Virus record (IMG/VR): IMGVR_UViG_3300033233_000010
Location: 1 to 64,000 of that record
DNA length: 64,000 nt
From: a virus
Reading direction: 5' to 3' (one strand)
In this document: piece after piece, positions 53,588 through 62,899 of the stretch
How the letters are laid out: every line of letters starts with the position of its first letter
How positions within the stretch are numbered: the stretch's first letter is position 1
The notes under the pieces: model-generated
Databases searched by the model: none
Seen by the model: only the letters and a program-made list of their open reading frames with translations
What the model was told of the DNA's origin: nothing
Position numbers and translations under genes: made by a program

Positions 53588-56500
53588 TTAGGCCACCAGC
53601 TTGAGCAGAATGAGAGACCGGTTAAGCATCGAGCCGGTGCCAGCCGATACGCGCCAGCGTCCTTCTACTGCACCGACTCCAGTTGTCGTAATGACCGCGC
53701 ACGTCATAAACGGGGTGCGGTAGTTCGCGTTGTGCTCGTCTGAGCCCGCTTCCGTTCCCGAAACCTGTGAGCCGTTGAACCAAATGCTCACCGTGCTCAG
53801 AGCCGTGGCTGTCGAGTTGCCGTAACCACCGCGGAAAATCGCCAGCCAGACCCCCGCCGTGGGGGTGTCGGTCATGCTCGTCGCGAGCACGTCCGTCGTG
53901 CTTGCCGTCGTGATCGTGCCTGTGGCAACGACCGGAGTACGGGCGCGAGGCGGAGTCGCCGTCCCTATGGCTCGCCAGCGCGAGGACGTGTTGTCGTAGA
54001 GAAGCACGACGCACGCCGAGGGGGCGAGGTTGATGTCCGCACTGTCGAACGTGAAACGGTTCGCCGCCGTGGACGACGCGCTCTCGTGCAGTAGTGAGAT
54101 GACGAAGCTCCCTGTGTTGACAATGACGAGCATGCGCCCGTCTGCGCCTGTCGCGATGCCCGTAATGTTTCGGGCCGCGTCGGTGTTGATTCGGAGCAGC
54201 ACGACGTTCGAGAGCCCAGTCGGGGAATAGTCGTTCTGGTTCGCCGTGATCTGCGCCGGGGAAAGCGTGCCGTTGAGCGAGAACGCCCCCGAGGCGCGTT
54301 CGACGGTGTTCGAGGCGTTGCGCCACCGCGACGACGTGCCGTCGTAGGCGAGCGTGATCGAGTGCCCAGGGCCGAGCACCACGTCAAGAGAGGCGAACGA
54401 GAAGCGGTTCGCCGCCGTGGACGAAGCCGACTCGTGCGAGAGCGTGATCGGGAATGAGCCCACGTTCTCGATGACGAGAATGCGACCTGTGGCGCCGCCC
54501 TGGAGGCCGGTGACCGTGCGCGCGGCGTCCGAGTTGATGCGCATGGTGTTCGCCGTCGAAAGGCTCGCAGGGTTGTAGTCGTTCTGGTCGGCGGTAATCT
54601 GCGCTGGACTGAGGATACCGGCAAGCGCGAAGGCGATGCTCGATTGTTTGACGGTCGGATTGGCGAATGTTCCCGACAGGTCTCCGCCCGCCGCGCCCGT
54701 TGGAGTGCGCGCGTCGGACAGACGCGCATCGTCACCCTGACAGAACGTGCCAGTAGCCGAGCCGAACGCCGCCAGCGCGTGTACGTGGTCTGCACGAGAC
54801 AGCGAAGTCGATGTTCCCTCAGCGTTAGCTGAGCCAGGCGGGTTTGCTGCCGCCGCTGCGGTAGTAATATCGTGCTTGTGGTCGGCTCTCGCAGGCTCCC
54901 CGCTTGTGCCGATAGCCGCAGCCGCTTTCGTGACGTTGGCTGGCGCGGTGTTCGACTGGTGGGCGTGATCGGATCGGGCAAGCGTCGTCGCGGTTCCTTC
55001 GGCGGATGCGGTAGCCACACCCGTCGCAGCCGGAGCCGCTGTGGTCACATCGTGCTTGTGATCGGCCCTGGCCGGCTCTCCGCTCGTACCAATGGCGGCA
55101 GCGGCCTTGGTTACGTTTGCGGGCGCGGTGTTGGACTGGTGGGCGTGGTCGCTGCGGGCAAGGGTCGAAGCCGTGCCCTCCGCAGAAGCGGTCGCGACGC
55201 CGGTAGCGCCGGGGGCAGCGGTCGCCTGGCGCGAGGCAGAAACAGCACGCCACCTAGTAGAAGTGCTGTCGTAGTGAAGTATGACGCACTCATCGGTCTG
55301 AAGTACTAGGTTGGCGGCGTCGGTAAGCGCGAATCGGTTTGCTGCGGTGGACCCAGCGCCCTCGTCGGTCAGAGTGATGGGAAACGAACCGACGTTATGG
55401 ATCGCGACGACGCGACCAGACGAACCGGTAGTCAGGCCGGTGATGCTGAATCCGGGTGTAGAAGCTGAGAGACGCAAGAACGAGGCGGTGGCAATCCCGG
55501 TGGGGGCGTAGTCGTTCGTGTTGGCTGCAATGGTCGTCGGCGTGATGACTCCGTCGATCGCCAACGTTGCCGCGAAGACGCCTCTGTTGTTGTCCGCGAC
55601 GAGCGCGCCAGCGACACGATAGCCGCCGAACTGCGTGTTGTAGTCCTGCTGCCTGAGACCGCTCGCGGCCCATTGGTTGTCCATGCCATGAACAAAACCT
55701 CTGGCGGCGAGCGTAGCTGCGTAGGTCGCGCCGAGAGACCACTGACCGTCGTCGGCGTGGACCTCCGCGAAAGTGAGCGTCCCATCCTGGTCCTCGATGT
55801 GAAGCAGGATGTCGCCCTCGGCTTCACCAGCCGAAATGAAGACGCCGTTGCCGGATGGGCCGCCTCGAAAGGCCGCAAAGTAACCGGCTGGAATCGGACG
55901 CGTAGCGTCTGCCGGCCCCACACGGAGCCGCGAGCATGCCGAGATGGTGGAGGCTCCGAAAACTCGCCATCGGCTCGACGTGGAGTCGTAACGGATGATG
56001 CAGCCGTCTTCGGGGTTGAGCGTCAGGTCCGTCCCGTCTTGGAGCGAGAAGCGGTTTGCTGCGGTAGATCCCGCACCCTCGTCGGTCAACGTGATGGGAA
56101 ACGAGCCGACGTTGGTCAGAACGAGCAATCGACCGTCTGCGCCGCCCGTGATCCCCGTGATGCTGAACCCAGGTGTCGAGGCGCTAAGACGTAGCGTGTT
56201 CGCCGTGCTCAGGCCAGTCGGGGTGTAGTCGTTCTGGTCAGCGCCGATGGTCGTGGGGGAGATGATGCCGGTGAGCGCGAACGTGGTCGAAGACTGGAGC
56301 ACGAGAGGGCCGGGGTACGTTCCGCCGAGATCCTGCGAGGCTGGTCCCGATGGCGATCCGCCGCTCCCGCCACCTGAGATCGCACGCCAGCGCGAAGTAG
56401 TGCTGTCGTACTGAAGGAGCGCAACCGAATCGGGAGACATGCTCATGTCGGCGGTGAGCGCAAAGCGGTTTGCCGCCGTCGAGCCCGCATCCTCATCCTT

Positions 56501-57424
56501 GAGCGTGATCGCGAACGAGCCGATGTTGTGAACGACCAGAATTCGACCGCTTGCCCCTCCCGCCAGTCCGGTGATATTGAACGCACCCGATGACGTGAGC
56601 CGCAGGACGGCGGCGGTCGAGAGGCTGGCCGGGTTGTAGTCGTTCTGATTCGCACCGATAGAAGCCGGACTGAGCACACCGGTAAGCGCAAAAGCGATAC
56701 TGCTTTGTGCAACTGTGGGGTTAGCGAAGGTTCCGCTGAGATCACCGCCCGCCGCTCCCGTCGGAGTACGCGCATCCGAAAGCCGAGAGTCGGTACCCTG
56801 ACAGACCGTGCTCGTCGTCGTCCCGTATGGGTCGTCTGCTCCGATCGCCCGCCACCGAGCCGACGTGGCGTCGTACTGGAGTGAGATCGTCTTGTTCGGC
56901 GTGAGGATGAAGCTCGCCGCTCCGCGGAGCGAGAATCTATTCGCCGCTGTGCTGTTCGTGTCCGAGTCAGTCAGCGTGATGTTGAACGATCCGACGTTGT
57001 GGACTTGGACCAGCCGTCCGGTTGCGCCTGCCGCGAGGCCCGTAACGTTTACCGCCGTCGAAGCTGCGATGCGGAGAAGCCCGGCGTTGCCGAAGCCAGT
57101 CGGGTTGTAGTTGTTCTGGCTGCTGCCGATCGTGGGCGGCGTGAGCACCACGTTGCCGGCGTTGTTGGCCGCCTCCGTGGGCGGGGTCGGATTGTGCGCG
57201 GCGATAAGACCACCGGCGGGGTTGCTCGTGTCGTTATCGAGCGTCGTCTTATCCCCGGCGGAGAGGGCGCTGACGAAGGTGATCGAGAGCACGTCGCCGT
57301 TGCGCGAGATGTCCTGAAGCGCCGTTGCGATGGAAGACGCTCTGATCTCGATGACGAGATTGTCCTCGAAACATCCGCCGGACGGGAAGTCGGTCGTGAT
57401 CTGATAGGTATAGCTCTGGGCCAC
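53588..57424 (-). CDS. long tail-fibre-like protein with six ~105-aa QNDY.P.GL...AANRF...YD..S.RWR modules
   Basis: Modules counted by eye; AR(S/A)DH(A/K/V)H and GGDLSGTFANPTV repeats; GTG start overlaps upstream TAG. Confidence 0.8.
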   Translation of the reverse strand: MAQSYTYQITTDFPSGGCFEDNLVIEIRASSIATALQDISRNGDVLSITFVSALSAGDKTTLDNDTSNPAGGLIAAHNPTPPTEAANNAGNVVLTPPTIGSSQNNYNPTGFGNAGLLRIAASTAVNVTGLAAGATGRLVQVHNVGSFNITLTDSDTNSTAANRFSLRGAASFILTPNKTISLQYDATSARWRAIGADDPYGTTTSTVCQGTDSRLSDARTPTGAAGGDLSGTFANPTVAQSSIAFALTGVLSPASIGANQNDYNPASLSTAAVLRLTSSGAFNITGLAGGASGRILVVHNIGSFAITLKDEDAGSTAANRFALTADMSMSPDSVALLQYDSTTSRWRAISGGGSGGSPSGPASQDLGGTYPGPLVLQSSTTFALTGIISPTTIGADQNDYTPTGLSTANTLRLSASTPGFSITGITGGADGRLLVLTNVGSFPITLTDEGAGSTAANRFSLQDGTDLTLNPEDGCIIRYDSTSSRWRVFGASTISACSRLRVGPADATRPIPAGYFAAFRGGPSGNGVFISAGEAEGDILLHIEDQDGTLTFAEVHADDGQWSLGATYAATLAARGFVHGMDNQWAASGLRQQDYNTQFGGYRVAGALVADNNRGVFAATLAIDGVITPTTIAANTNDYAPTGIATASFLRLSASTPGFSITGLTTGSSGRVVAIHNVGSFPITLTDEGAGSTAANRFALTDAANLVLQTDECVILHYDSTSTRWRAVSASRQATAAPGATGVATASAEGTASTLARSDHAHQSNTAPANVTKAAAAIGTSGEPARADHKHDVTTAAPAATGVATASAEGTATTLARSDHAHQSNTAPANVTKAAAAIGTSGEPARADHKHDITTAAAAANPPGSANAEGTSTSLSRADHVHALAAFGSATGTFCQGDDARLSDARTPTGAAGGDLSGTFANPTVKQSSIAFALAGILSPAQITADQNDYNPASLSTANTMRINSDAARTVTGLQGGATGRILVIENVGSFPITLSHESASSTAANRFSFASLDVVLGPGHSITLAYDGTSSRWRNASNTVERASGAFSLNGTLSPAQITANQNDYSPTGLSNVVLLRINTDAARNITGIATGADGRMLVIVNTGSFVISLLHESASSTAANRFTFDSADINLAPSACVVLLYDNTSSRWRAIGTATPPRARTPVVATGTITTASTTDVLATSMTDTPTAGVWLAIFRGGYGNSTATALSTVSIWFNGSQVSGTEAGSDEHNANYRTPFMTCAVITTTGVGAVEGRWRVSAGTGSMLNRSLILLKLVA
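54773..55215 (-). repeat. in-frame tandem repeats carrying RxDHxH motifs
   Basis: ATGVATASAEGT...LARSDHAHQSNTAPANVTKAAAAIGTSGEPARADHKHD twice, plus a partial third unit; boundaries approximate. Confidence 0.8.
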
Positions 57425-58758
57425 TAGGCTGTGACCTCTTCGACGAGCAGGCTCGCGCTTTCGTCTTCGCGCGTGATCGGCCTTACTTGCCCCGTCCCGG
57501 AACTGACGCGCCATTGAACGACAACGACGTGAGCGCCAGCTGTGAGTCCTGTGAGCTTGAGGCTTACGGCCATGGCCGTGACGCCCGAGCCACCGTTGGA
57601 TTTCGTGCTGCCACCGCGCCGAACGATGCCATCCACGACCACGCGGAAGAAGACGACAGCGTTATTCGTTCCGTTCGATGCGCTTCCAAGCGACTGAACG
57701 ATGAGCGCACCGCCGGTGGTCGTGATGTCGATTCTGAGCACATCCTGCGTCGTCGCAGTAACGTCGGCGACGAGACCGCCGGTGCTCATGGTTCCGGTGC
57801 CACCCGTACAGCCAGTGAATTGATTGCCTCCGCTCGTCCCGGTGTAGGACACGAGTTGCGGGCCGTTACTGGTCGTTATCAGAAGCGTGCCGGCGGCGGC
57901 GAAGCCCGTCGTCGAGGCGACGTTGATGGTTCCAGTAGGCAGCGAGACGCCGTTGGAACCGGCTGCGATCGTCGTTCGGAGTCGGAAGAATACGAGGCCG
58001 CCGGTGCTCATGGTGCCGGTGCCGCCGGTACAACCGGTGAAGGTCGTGGCGCCTGTGCCCGTGTAGGTAACGATCTGCGGACCCGCGCTCGTCAAGACGA
58101 CGATCTGTCCGGCAGCGGCGAAGCCCGTCGTCGAGGCGACGTTGATGGTTCCAGTCGGCAGCGAGACGCCGTTTGAGGCCGCAGCGATGGTTGTGTTCGC
58201 CGCAGGCCACGTCGTCGCGGTCGTGGTCTGATTCGACGTGACTTCCGTCCACTGCGTCTGAACGATTCCACCAGCGCCGGAGGCGCCGCCAGCCGCGCCC
58301 TGAATACGCCAGCGAGATGACGTAGCGTCGTAGGCGAGGGTAACGATGGCACCGCCGACGAGCGTGACGTTGCCACCAGCAAGCGTGAAGCGGTTGGCCG
58401 CGGTCGAGGAAGCAGACTCACTGATGAGCGTGATCGTGTTCGAGTCGATGTTGATGAGCGTGAGAAGGCGCCCGCTCGTTCCTCCAGCGATGCCGGTGAT
58501 GTTGACGGCGACCGAAGACGTGAGTCGAAGTGTTGACGCGGTCGCAAGCCCGGTCGGGCTGTAGTTGTCCTGGTTGGCCGCGAGCGAAGTCGGCGAAATG
58601 ACGCCGGTCAGCGCGAACGTCTCGGAACCGGCAATCGCTTTGAGGAGAGTAGCCCGAACAGCGGGAAGCGTGGGAGTGCCGCCATCGTCCACGAGGGCAA
58701 CGATGTCTCCGATGAAGGTGTTGATCTCTCGGATCTGGTCGGCGGCGATCCCACTCAT
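57424..58758 (-). CDS. tail-fibre-like protein with one QNDY-type module and two ~68-aa tandem repeats
   Basis: TTIAA(A/G)SNGVSLPTGTINVASTTGFAAAG...FTGCTGGTGTMSTGGLV twice. Confidence 0.8.
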   Translation of the reverse strand: MSGIAADQIREINTFIGDIVALVDDGGTPTLPAVRATLLKAIAGSETFALTGVISPTSLAANQDNYSPTGLATASTLRLTSSVAVNITGIAGGTSGRLLTLINIDSNTITLISESASSTAANRFTLAGGNVTLVGGAIVTLAYDATSSRWRIQGAAGGASGAGGIVQTQWTEVTSNQTTTATTWPAANTTIAAASNGVSLPTGTINVASTTGFAAAGQIVVLTSAGPQIVTYTGTGATTFTGCTGGTGTMSTGGLVFFRLRTTIAAGSNGVSLPTGTINVASTTGFAAAGTLLITTSNGPQLVSYTGTSGGNQFTGCTGGTGTMSTGGLVADVTATTQDVLRIDITTTGGALIVQSLGSASNGTNNAVVFFRVVVDGIVRRGGSTKSNGGSGVTAMAVSLKLTGLTAGAHVVVVQWRVSSGTGQVRPITREDESASLLVEEVTA

Positions 58759-58781
58759 GGACTAATCTCTACGTCTCCGCT

Positions 58782-59879
58782 TTAGGTGAAGGATGCCGGG
58801 CTCTCGATCTGGATGCGGTCGCCCGACTTGACCTTCGTCGTGAAGCTGACCTGCGTCGTGGAGACCCAGGTTACATCCTCACCGGCGCCCTTGGCTTGGA
58901 GAACCCCGTTCCGCCAGATTTTGCAGCGCGAGTCGTCGCGGAACTCGGCAGCTGTGCTTGGTGTGATGGGCGTACCGAAGCTGGCGAACGTCGTGGTGGT
59001 TCCGGTGCCCGAGAACACGCCCGTCTGGACGTTGAACGTCTCTGCCGCCGCCGCCTGGGCTGTGACGTTGAACTGCCGGAAGGGGAGGCGCGTGACGACC
59101 GAAGTGGGGTCGATGATGTCGGGGAGCTGACCACCCGAGAGGAAGGCGCCGCGATCGAGGCCGTAGAAGCTCTGCTGGAACGGAAGTTGGAACTGGTAAG
59201 TTCCGGCGGGCAACGTGACCGCGACGATCGCGTCCGTCGTCGGGTTGATCTTGACGAAGCTGATCTGGAGGTTCTCGCTGGCCGCGGCGGCGATGGCCGT
59301 ACCGTCCGACGTGCCCGTGAGCACCTGGAGCAGACCGAACACGCGCGTGCCACCGTCGAGCGGCGGATCGTTCGTGCTCCCGATGAAGATGTCCACCTCG
59401 TTGAGCACCACAGCTGCCGCCGAAGCAGCCGTGGAGAGTCCGACGCCGAGCGTACCGGCGACGGTGAAGTTGGCCTCGGTCGCGGCGAGGTAGGCGTTGT
59501 TCTGGGTGCTCGACGGCCCGACCGCGATGATGCCCGAACCGCCAGCGACCATCGCGGACGAAACGAGCTTGCCGAGCGCGCCCGCGCCGAGCGTGAAGAC
59601 GTTGTTCGTGTCGCGCGGCGACTTGAACACGAACTTTTTGTCGTGAATTTGGCGCAAACCGAAGTTGTCGAGAGCCGTAGCGATGCTCACGAACCAGTCG
59701 GCGGTCCCAACCTGTGTCTGCGGGTCGATGATGCGCCGGACCTGCGATCGGAGCCCGTTCAGGTCGAACAGGATGTTCTGGTCTGCGGCGGCGGGCGTCT
59801 CCAGACCGGCACCGGGAGGAACGGTGTCGTCGTAGACATCCGAGTTGCGGATCTGTGTTTCTTGGTCGAGAGTGCTCAT
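58782..59879 (-). CDS. putative virion structural protein
   Basis: SD GGAG; beta-rich; C-terminal NG...KG.G...WVS.TQ domain shared with 59892 gene. Confidence 0.65.
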   Translation of the reverse strand: MSTLDQETQIRNSDVYDDTVPPGAGLETPAAADQNILFDLNGLRSQVRRIIDPQTQVGTADWFVSIATALDNFGLRQIHDKKFVFKSPRDTNNVFTLGAGALGKLVSSAMVAGGSGIIAVGPSSTQNNAYLAATEANFTVAGTLGVGLSTAASAAAVVLNEVDIFIGSTNDPPLDGGTRVFGLLQVLTGTSDGTAIAAAASENLQISFVKINPTTDAIVAVTLPAGTYQFQLPFQQSFYGLDRGAFLSGGQLPDIIDPTSVVTRLPFRQFNVTAQAAAAETFNVQTGVFSGTGTTTTFASFGTPITPSTAAEFRDDSRCKIWRNGVLQAKGAGEDVTWVSTTQVSFTTKVKSGDRIQIESPASFT

Positions 59880-59891
59880 TCAGAGGGCTCC

Positions 59892-60794
59892 TTACGCGGT
59901 CGGGAACGGCGCCCGAACCATGATGGTATCCTTATTCTTGACCTTGACACGCATCTTGATCTGCGTCGCAGAGACCCATTCCGCGATGCCGTTGCCAGAG
60001 CCGTCGCCCTTCGGAAGATCCTGCCCGTTCAGGTGAACTTCGATTCGCCCATCGTCCTTGAAAGCGGCACCCGACGCCGGGAGTGTAACATTCAGATCGC
60101 CAGACACCGGGGCGGGCGAGAACAGACCGCCGCCATAGGCCCCCGTCCGAATGTTGATGGCGGTGTCCGGGACGACCGTCTCGACGAACGGCCCGATGAC
60201 GACTTCGCGCAGCTCGAAGGAGTTGAAGTCGAGAATCGCCTCGTCCGGTCCACCGAGCGTGAGCGTGTTGTTGGGCACGATGATGGTCTTCGTCGGGTCG
60301 ACGACCGGGAAGCCGTCCACTTCGCGCACTTTGACGCCACTGCCGATGACCTCGCCCTCCTCGTCGAGTTCGAGCTGATGAACCCGCGTCTCCAGGTCGT
60401 CGATGATCGGCCCGAGATCGGGGAAGGGCGGCGGCGGGGGCGCGGGAGCTGGGAAGACCTGACCCGACGGCAGGACTGTGCTGCCCTGGCTCTCGAAAGT
60501 CACCTTCTGAACGACCAGCTCAACCGGAGTCGAGGAGAGAACAGCGTCGAGCGCCTGCTGCCGCTGCGCCGGATCGTGGAAGCGGAAGACGACGTGGTCC
60601 TCGCGAACGACCGAGACCTGCCAGTCCTCCACGTCGGGCAGGACGCGTTGAATCGTTTGGGCGAGGATCGTCTTGGGCTTGTCGGCGGCGAACCTATCCG
60701 CACGCTCGAAGTAGATGAACATCGCGTAAATGTAGAATGCCGGACACTCCGCGATGTCCCTCCCGAAAGGCAGGTTATCGTAGAGGTAGCCCAA
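59892..60794 (-). CDS. putative virion structural protein with poly-Pro linker and coiled coil
   Basis: PAPAPPPPPFP; LETRVHQLE; shared C-terminal domain. Confidence 0.65.
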   Translation of the reverse strand: MGYLYDNLPFGRDIAECPAFYIYAMFIYFERADRFAADKPKTILAQTIQRVLPDVEDWQVSVVREDHVVFRFHDPAQRQQALDAVLSSTPVELVVQKVTFESQGSTVLPSGQVFPAPAPPPPPFPDLGPIIDDLETRVHQLELDEEGEVIGSGVKVREVDGFPVVDPTKTIIVPNNTLTLGGPDEAILDFNSFELREVVIGPFVETVVPDTAINIRTGAYGGGLFSPAPVSGDLNVTLPASGAAFKDDGRIEVHLNGQDLPKGDGSGNGIAEWVSATQIKMRVKVKNKDTIMVRAPFPTA

Positions 60795-60805
60795 GGGAGC
60801 CCATC

Positions 60806-61015
60806 CTACAGTCGCTTGGCGATGCCGTTCATTTCTCCGATGACCTTGTCGAGCTGGCCGACAACGTCACGGAGGTCGGACGGCGTGCCCGTGCTCGCCG
60901 CCCGCTTGAGGTGGGACAGGTGAGTGTTCGCCAACTGTCCGAGGTCGCGGAGACGGACTCCGAGCATCGGGCTGTGCGATTCCGCGAGTCCCGCGATCTC
61001 GTCAAACCGGCTCAT
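60806..61015 (-). CDS. small helical protein (N-terminal RFDEIAGLAE-S)
   Basis: SD AGGAG. Confidence 0.7.
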   Translation of the reverse strand: MSRFDEIAGLAESHSPMLGVRLRDLGQLANTHLSHLKRAASTGTPSDLRDVVGQLDKVIGEMNGIAKRL

Positions 61016-61024
61016 GTCGGACTC

Positions 61025-61297
61025 CTACTTGGTGTTGTGCTGAGCGGGCTTGCCCGTGCGCAGCTGCGCCGCCGAGACCTTGGCCGTGGTCTGGTCGTTG
61101 TCGCCGTACTTCGGGTCCGGCTTCGGACGGTAGCGCGTGTTGGGGTCGTGCTTGCCCGTCGTCGAGGTCGTCTCGGGCGGCGTCTTGCCGTACCACGAGA
61201 CGGTCTCGGGCGTCGACTTGTCCTCCTCGCCGAGCGACAGAAGGGGGCGCCGCGTGAGCGTGATCCCGAGTCCGGCCATCTGGTCGAATGCACCCAT
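61025..61297 (-). CDS. small protein (N-terminal AFDQMAGL)
   Basis: SD AGGAG. Confidence 0.7.
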   Translation of the reverse strand: MGAFDQMAGLGITLTRRPLLSLGEEDKSTPETVSWYGKTPPETTSTTGKHDPNTRYRPKPDPKYGDNDQTTAKVSAAQLRTGKPAQHNTK

Positions 61298-61306
61298 GTC
61301 GATCTC

Positions 61307-61669
61307 CTACCCGTTCGGAACGGTGACTTGCCTGAAGTGGGCGTCGAACTCGTTGAACGACGCGATGCCGACGAAGATCGAGCCCCTGGTGAGGATGATC
61401 TTCGAGACGATGTTCAGAACGTCGACCCCATCGTAGAGGTCGATCTTCTTCTTCTCACCGCCGTTCATCGAGGTCGTGTTCCACGGCGATGCGGTCTCGA
61501 CCGCCAGGCTGGTTCGCGCGCTGCGGATCGTGAACGTCGTGTCCTCGTGGCACCCGATATAGAGGACCGGGATGACGGCGAGCGCATCGCGATGCACGAT
61601 CACCAGCTCGTCGTTGGAGGAAACGAGCGGCCAGAAGTCCGTCTTGACTCGGAAGTCGCTCAGTCTCAT
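61307..61669 (-). CDS. beta-rich hypothetical protein
   Basis: SD AGGAG. Confidence 0.7.
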   Translation of the reverse strand: MRLSDFRVKTDFWPLVSSNDELVIVHRDALAVIPVLYIGCHEDTTFTIRSARTSLAVETASPWNTTSMNGGEKKKIDLYDGVDVLNIVSKIILTRGSIFVGIASFNEFDAHFRQVTVPNG

Positions 61670-61735
61670 CGACCGCTCCTACCCATCGGACCCATCTTCG
61701 CAGACGGAGCCCGAGAACGCACGCCAGTTTCGCAC

Positions 61736-62473
61736 CTACACCGCTACCTTACCAGACACTCGGGCGCTTCCGCCCTTCCGTTTGCGGTGCCTGGCGAGCA
61801 GTGCCGAGTACCGATCGTGCGGGGCTCCGGTGATGGGGTGGGCGCCTACCGGCTTGCGATTGGCCGCTTTGCGCGTCGGAGCCACGAACGCCATCTTGGC
61901 CTTCTTGGCGCCGCCGACGCGACTGATGCTCCCGACGCTCGCGAGCGGACGACGGGAGAGGGTCCGGTGACCGCCGGAGGCAACCTTCGGTATGACGGCC
62001 TTCGGCTTGGCGGCTCCCGGCGTGGCGGTTTTCGGCTGGGCGGCCTGGGCGAAGGGATCGACGAGCTTGCGCGTGACGCCCATGGGAGCCGCGGGCGCGG
62101 CGGTCGCTACCGGCTTCTTCGCCTTCGGCTTGCGCGGTTTCCGCAGCTTCTTGGTACGCCCGGTGTCGCCGTGGCAGTGCGCGCCGATGCGTGTCGTGCC
62201 TTTCGGGCACGGCGCGCTGGCGAGCGGACGGCGAGCGAGGCTGGTGACTGGATGGGCGGGAGCCTTCGGAACGGCGAGTGGAGCGGCCTTGGGAGCGGTC
62301 TTCGGAGTGCCCTTCGGCGCTGCTGTGGGAGCCGCTGTGGGAGCCTTTGGAGCGGCCTTCCCACCGACCGGCTTGGCGTACTTCTTGACGATGGCCTGGA
62401 TTCCCTCTCGGGCCCTGGTACCCCACTCGTCGAGCGACCGGAAGGCCGCGATGGCTTCGCTCAGCTCGTCCAA
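61736..62473 (-). CDS. very basic Lys/Ala/Pro-rich (histone-H1-like composition) protein
   Basis: Composition; FRSLDE-W leader; two RRPLAS repeats. Confidence 0.65.
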   Translation of the reverse strand: MDELSEAIAAFRSLDEWGTRAREGIQAIVKKYAKPVGGKAAPKAPTAAPTAAPKGTPKTAPKAAPLAVPKAPAHPVTSLARRPLASAPCPKGTTRIGAHCHGDTGRTKKLRKPRKPKAKKPVATAAPAAPMGVTRKLVDPFAQAAQPKTATPGAAKPKAVIPKVASGGHRTLSRRPLASVGSISRVGGAKKAKMAFVAPTRKAANRKPVGAHPITGAPHDRYSALLARHRKRKGGSARVSGKVAV

Positions 62474-62476
62474 GGC

Positions 62477-62842
62477 TCAGTCTCCAGCGATGACCGATTC
62501 GACCGATGTCGCGTTGGGTCCGGTGGTGATGAAGATCCCGGGGATACCGGAAGTGCTCGACCACTGGCCGTCGCCGGGGCCGAACTTGAAGCCGGCATCG
62601 GTGCTGACACCGATCTTGAGCGTGACCTCTTGGTCGGTCCGAAGGAAGACCCGCTTGGCGAGCGTGACGCCACCCATCGGGAGGGGCACGTTCGTCTGGA
62701 GCCCGGCGATGACCTGCGGCGAGGTCGTGGTGACCTCGGTCACGTCCTTCGAGTCCTGGGTCGTCTTCTTGGTCTCCGAGACGTTCGCGGCGTTGATGAC
62801 CTCGAAGGTCCCCTGCATCTTGACGGTTCTCGTAGCAGCCAT
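62477..62842 (-). CDS. beta-rich putative virion protein
   Basis: SD GGGAG; upstream TAGAAT. Confidence 0.65.
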   Translation of the reverse strand: MAATRTVKMQGTFEVINAANVSETKKTTQDSKDVTEVTTTSPQVIAGLQTNVPLPMGGVTLAKRVFLRTDQEVTLKIGVSTDAGFKFGPGDGQWSSTSGIPGIFITTGPNATSVESVIAGD

Positions 62843-62899
62843 CGGGCCTCGCTCCCTGCCTTGGGATTCTACTCGTTCGGGTCGAAACTCGAAATGAGC

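Noticed and set aside
53588-58758. Diversity-generating retroelement TR/VR pair in the fibre repeats
   Set aside because: The repeats differ at many non-adenine and synonymous sites, all copies are coding, and no reverse transcriptase is in the window.
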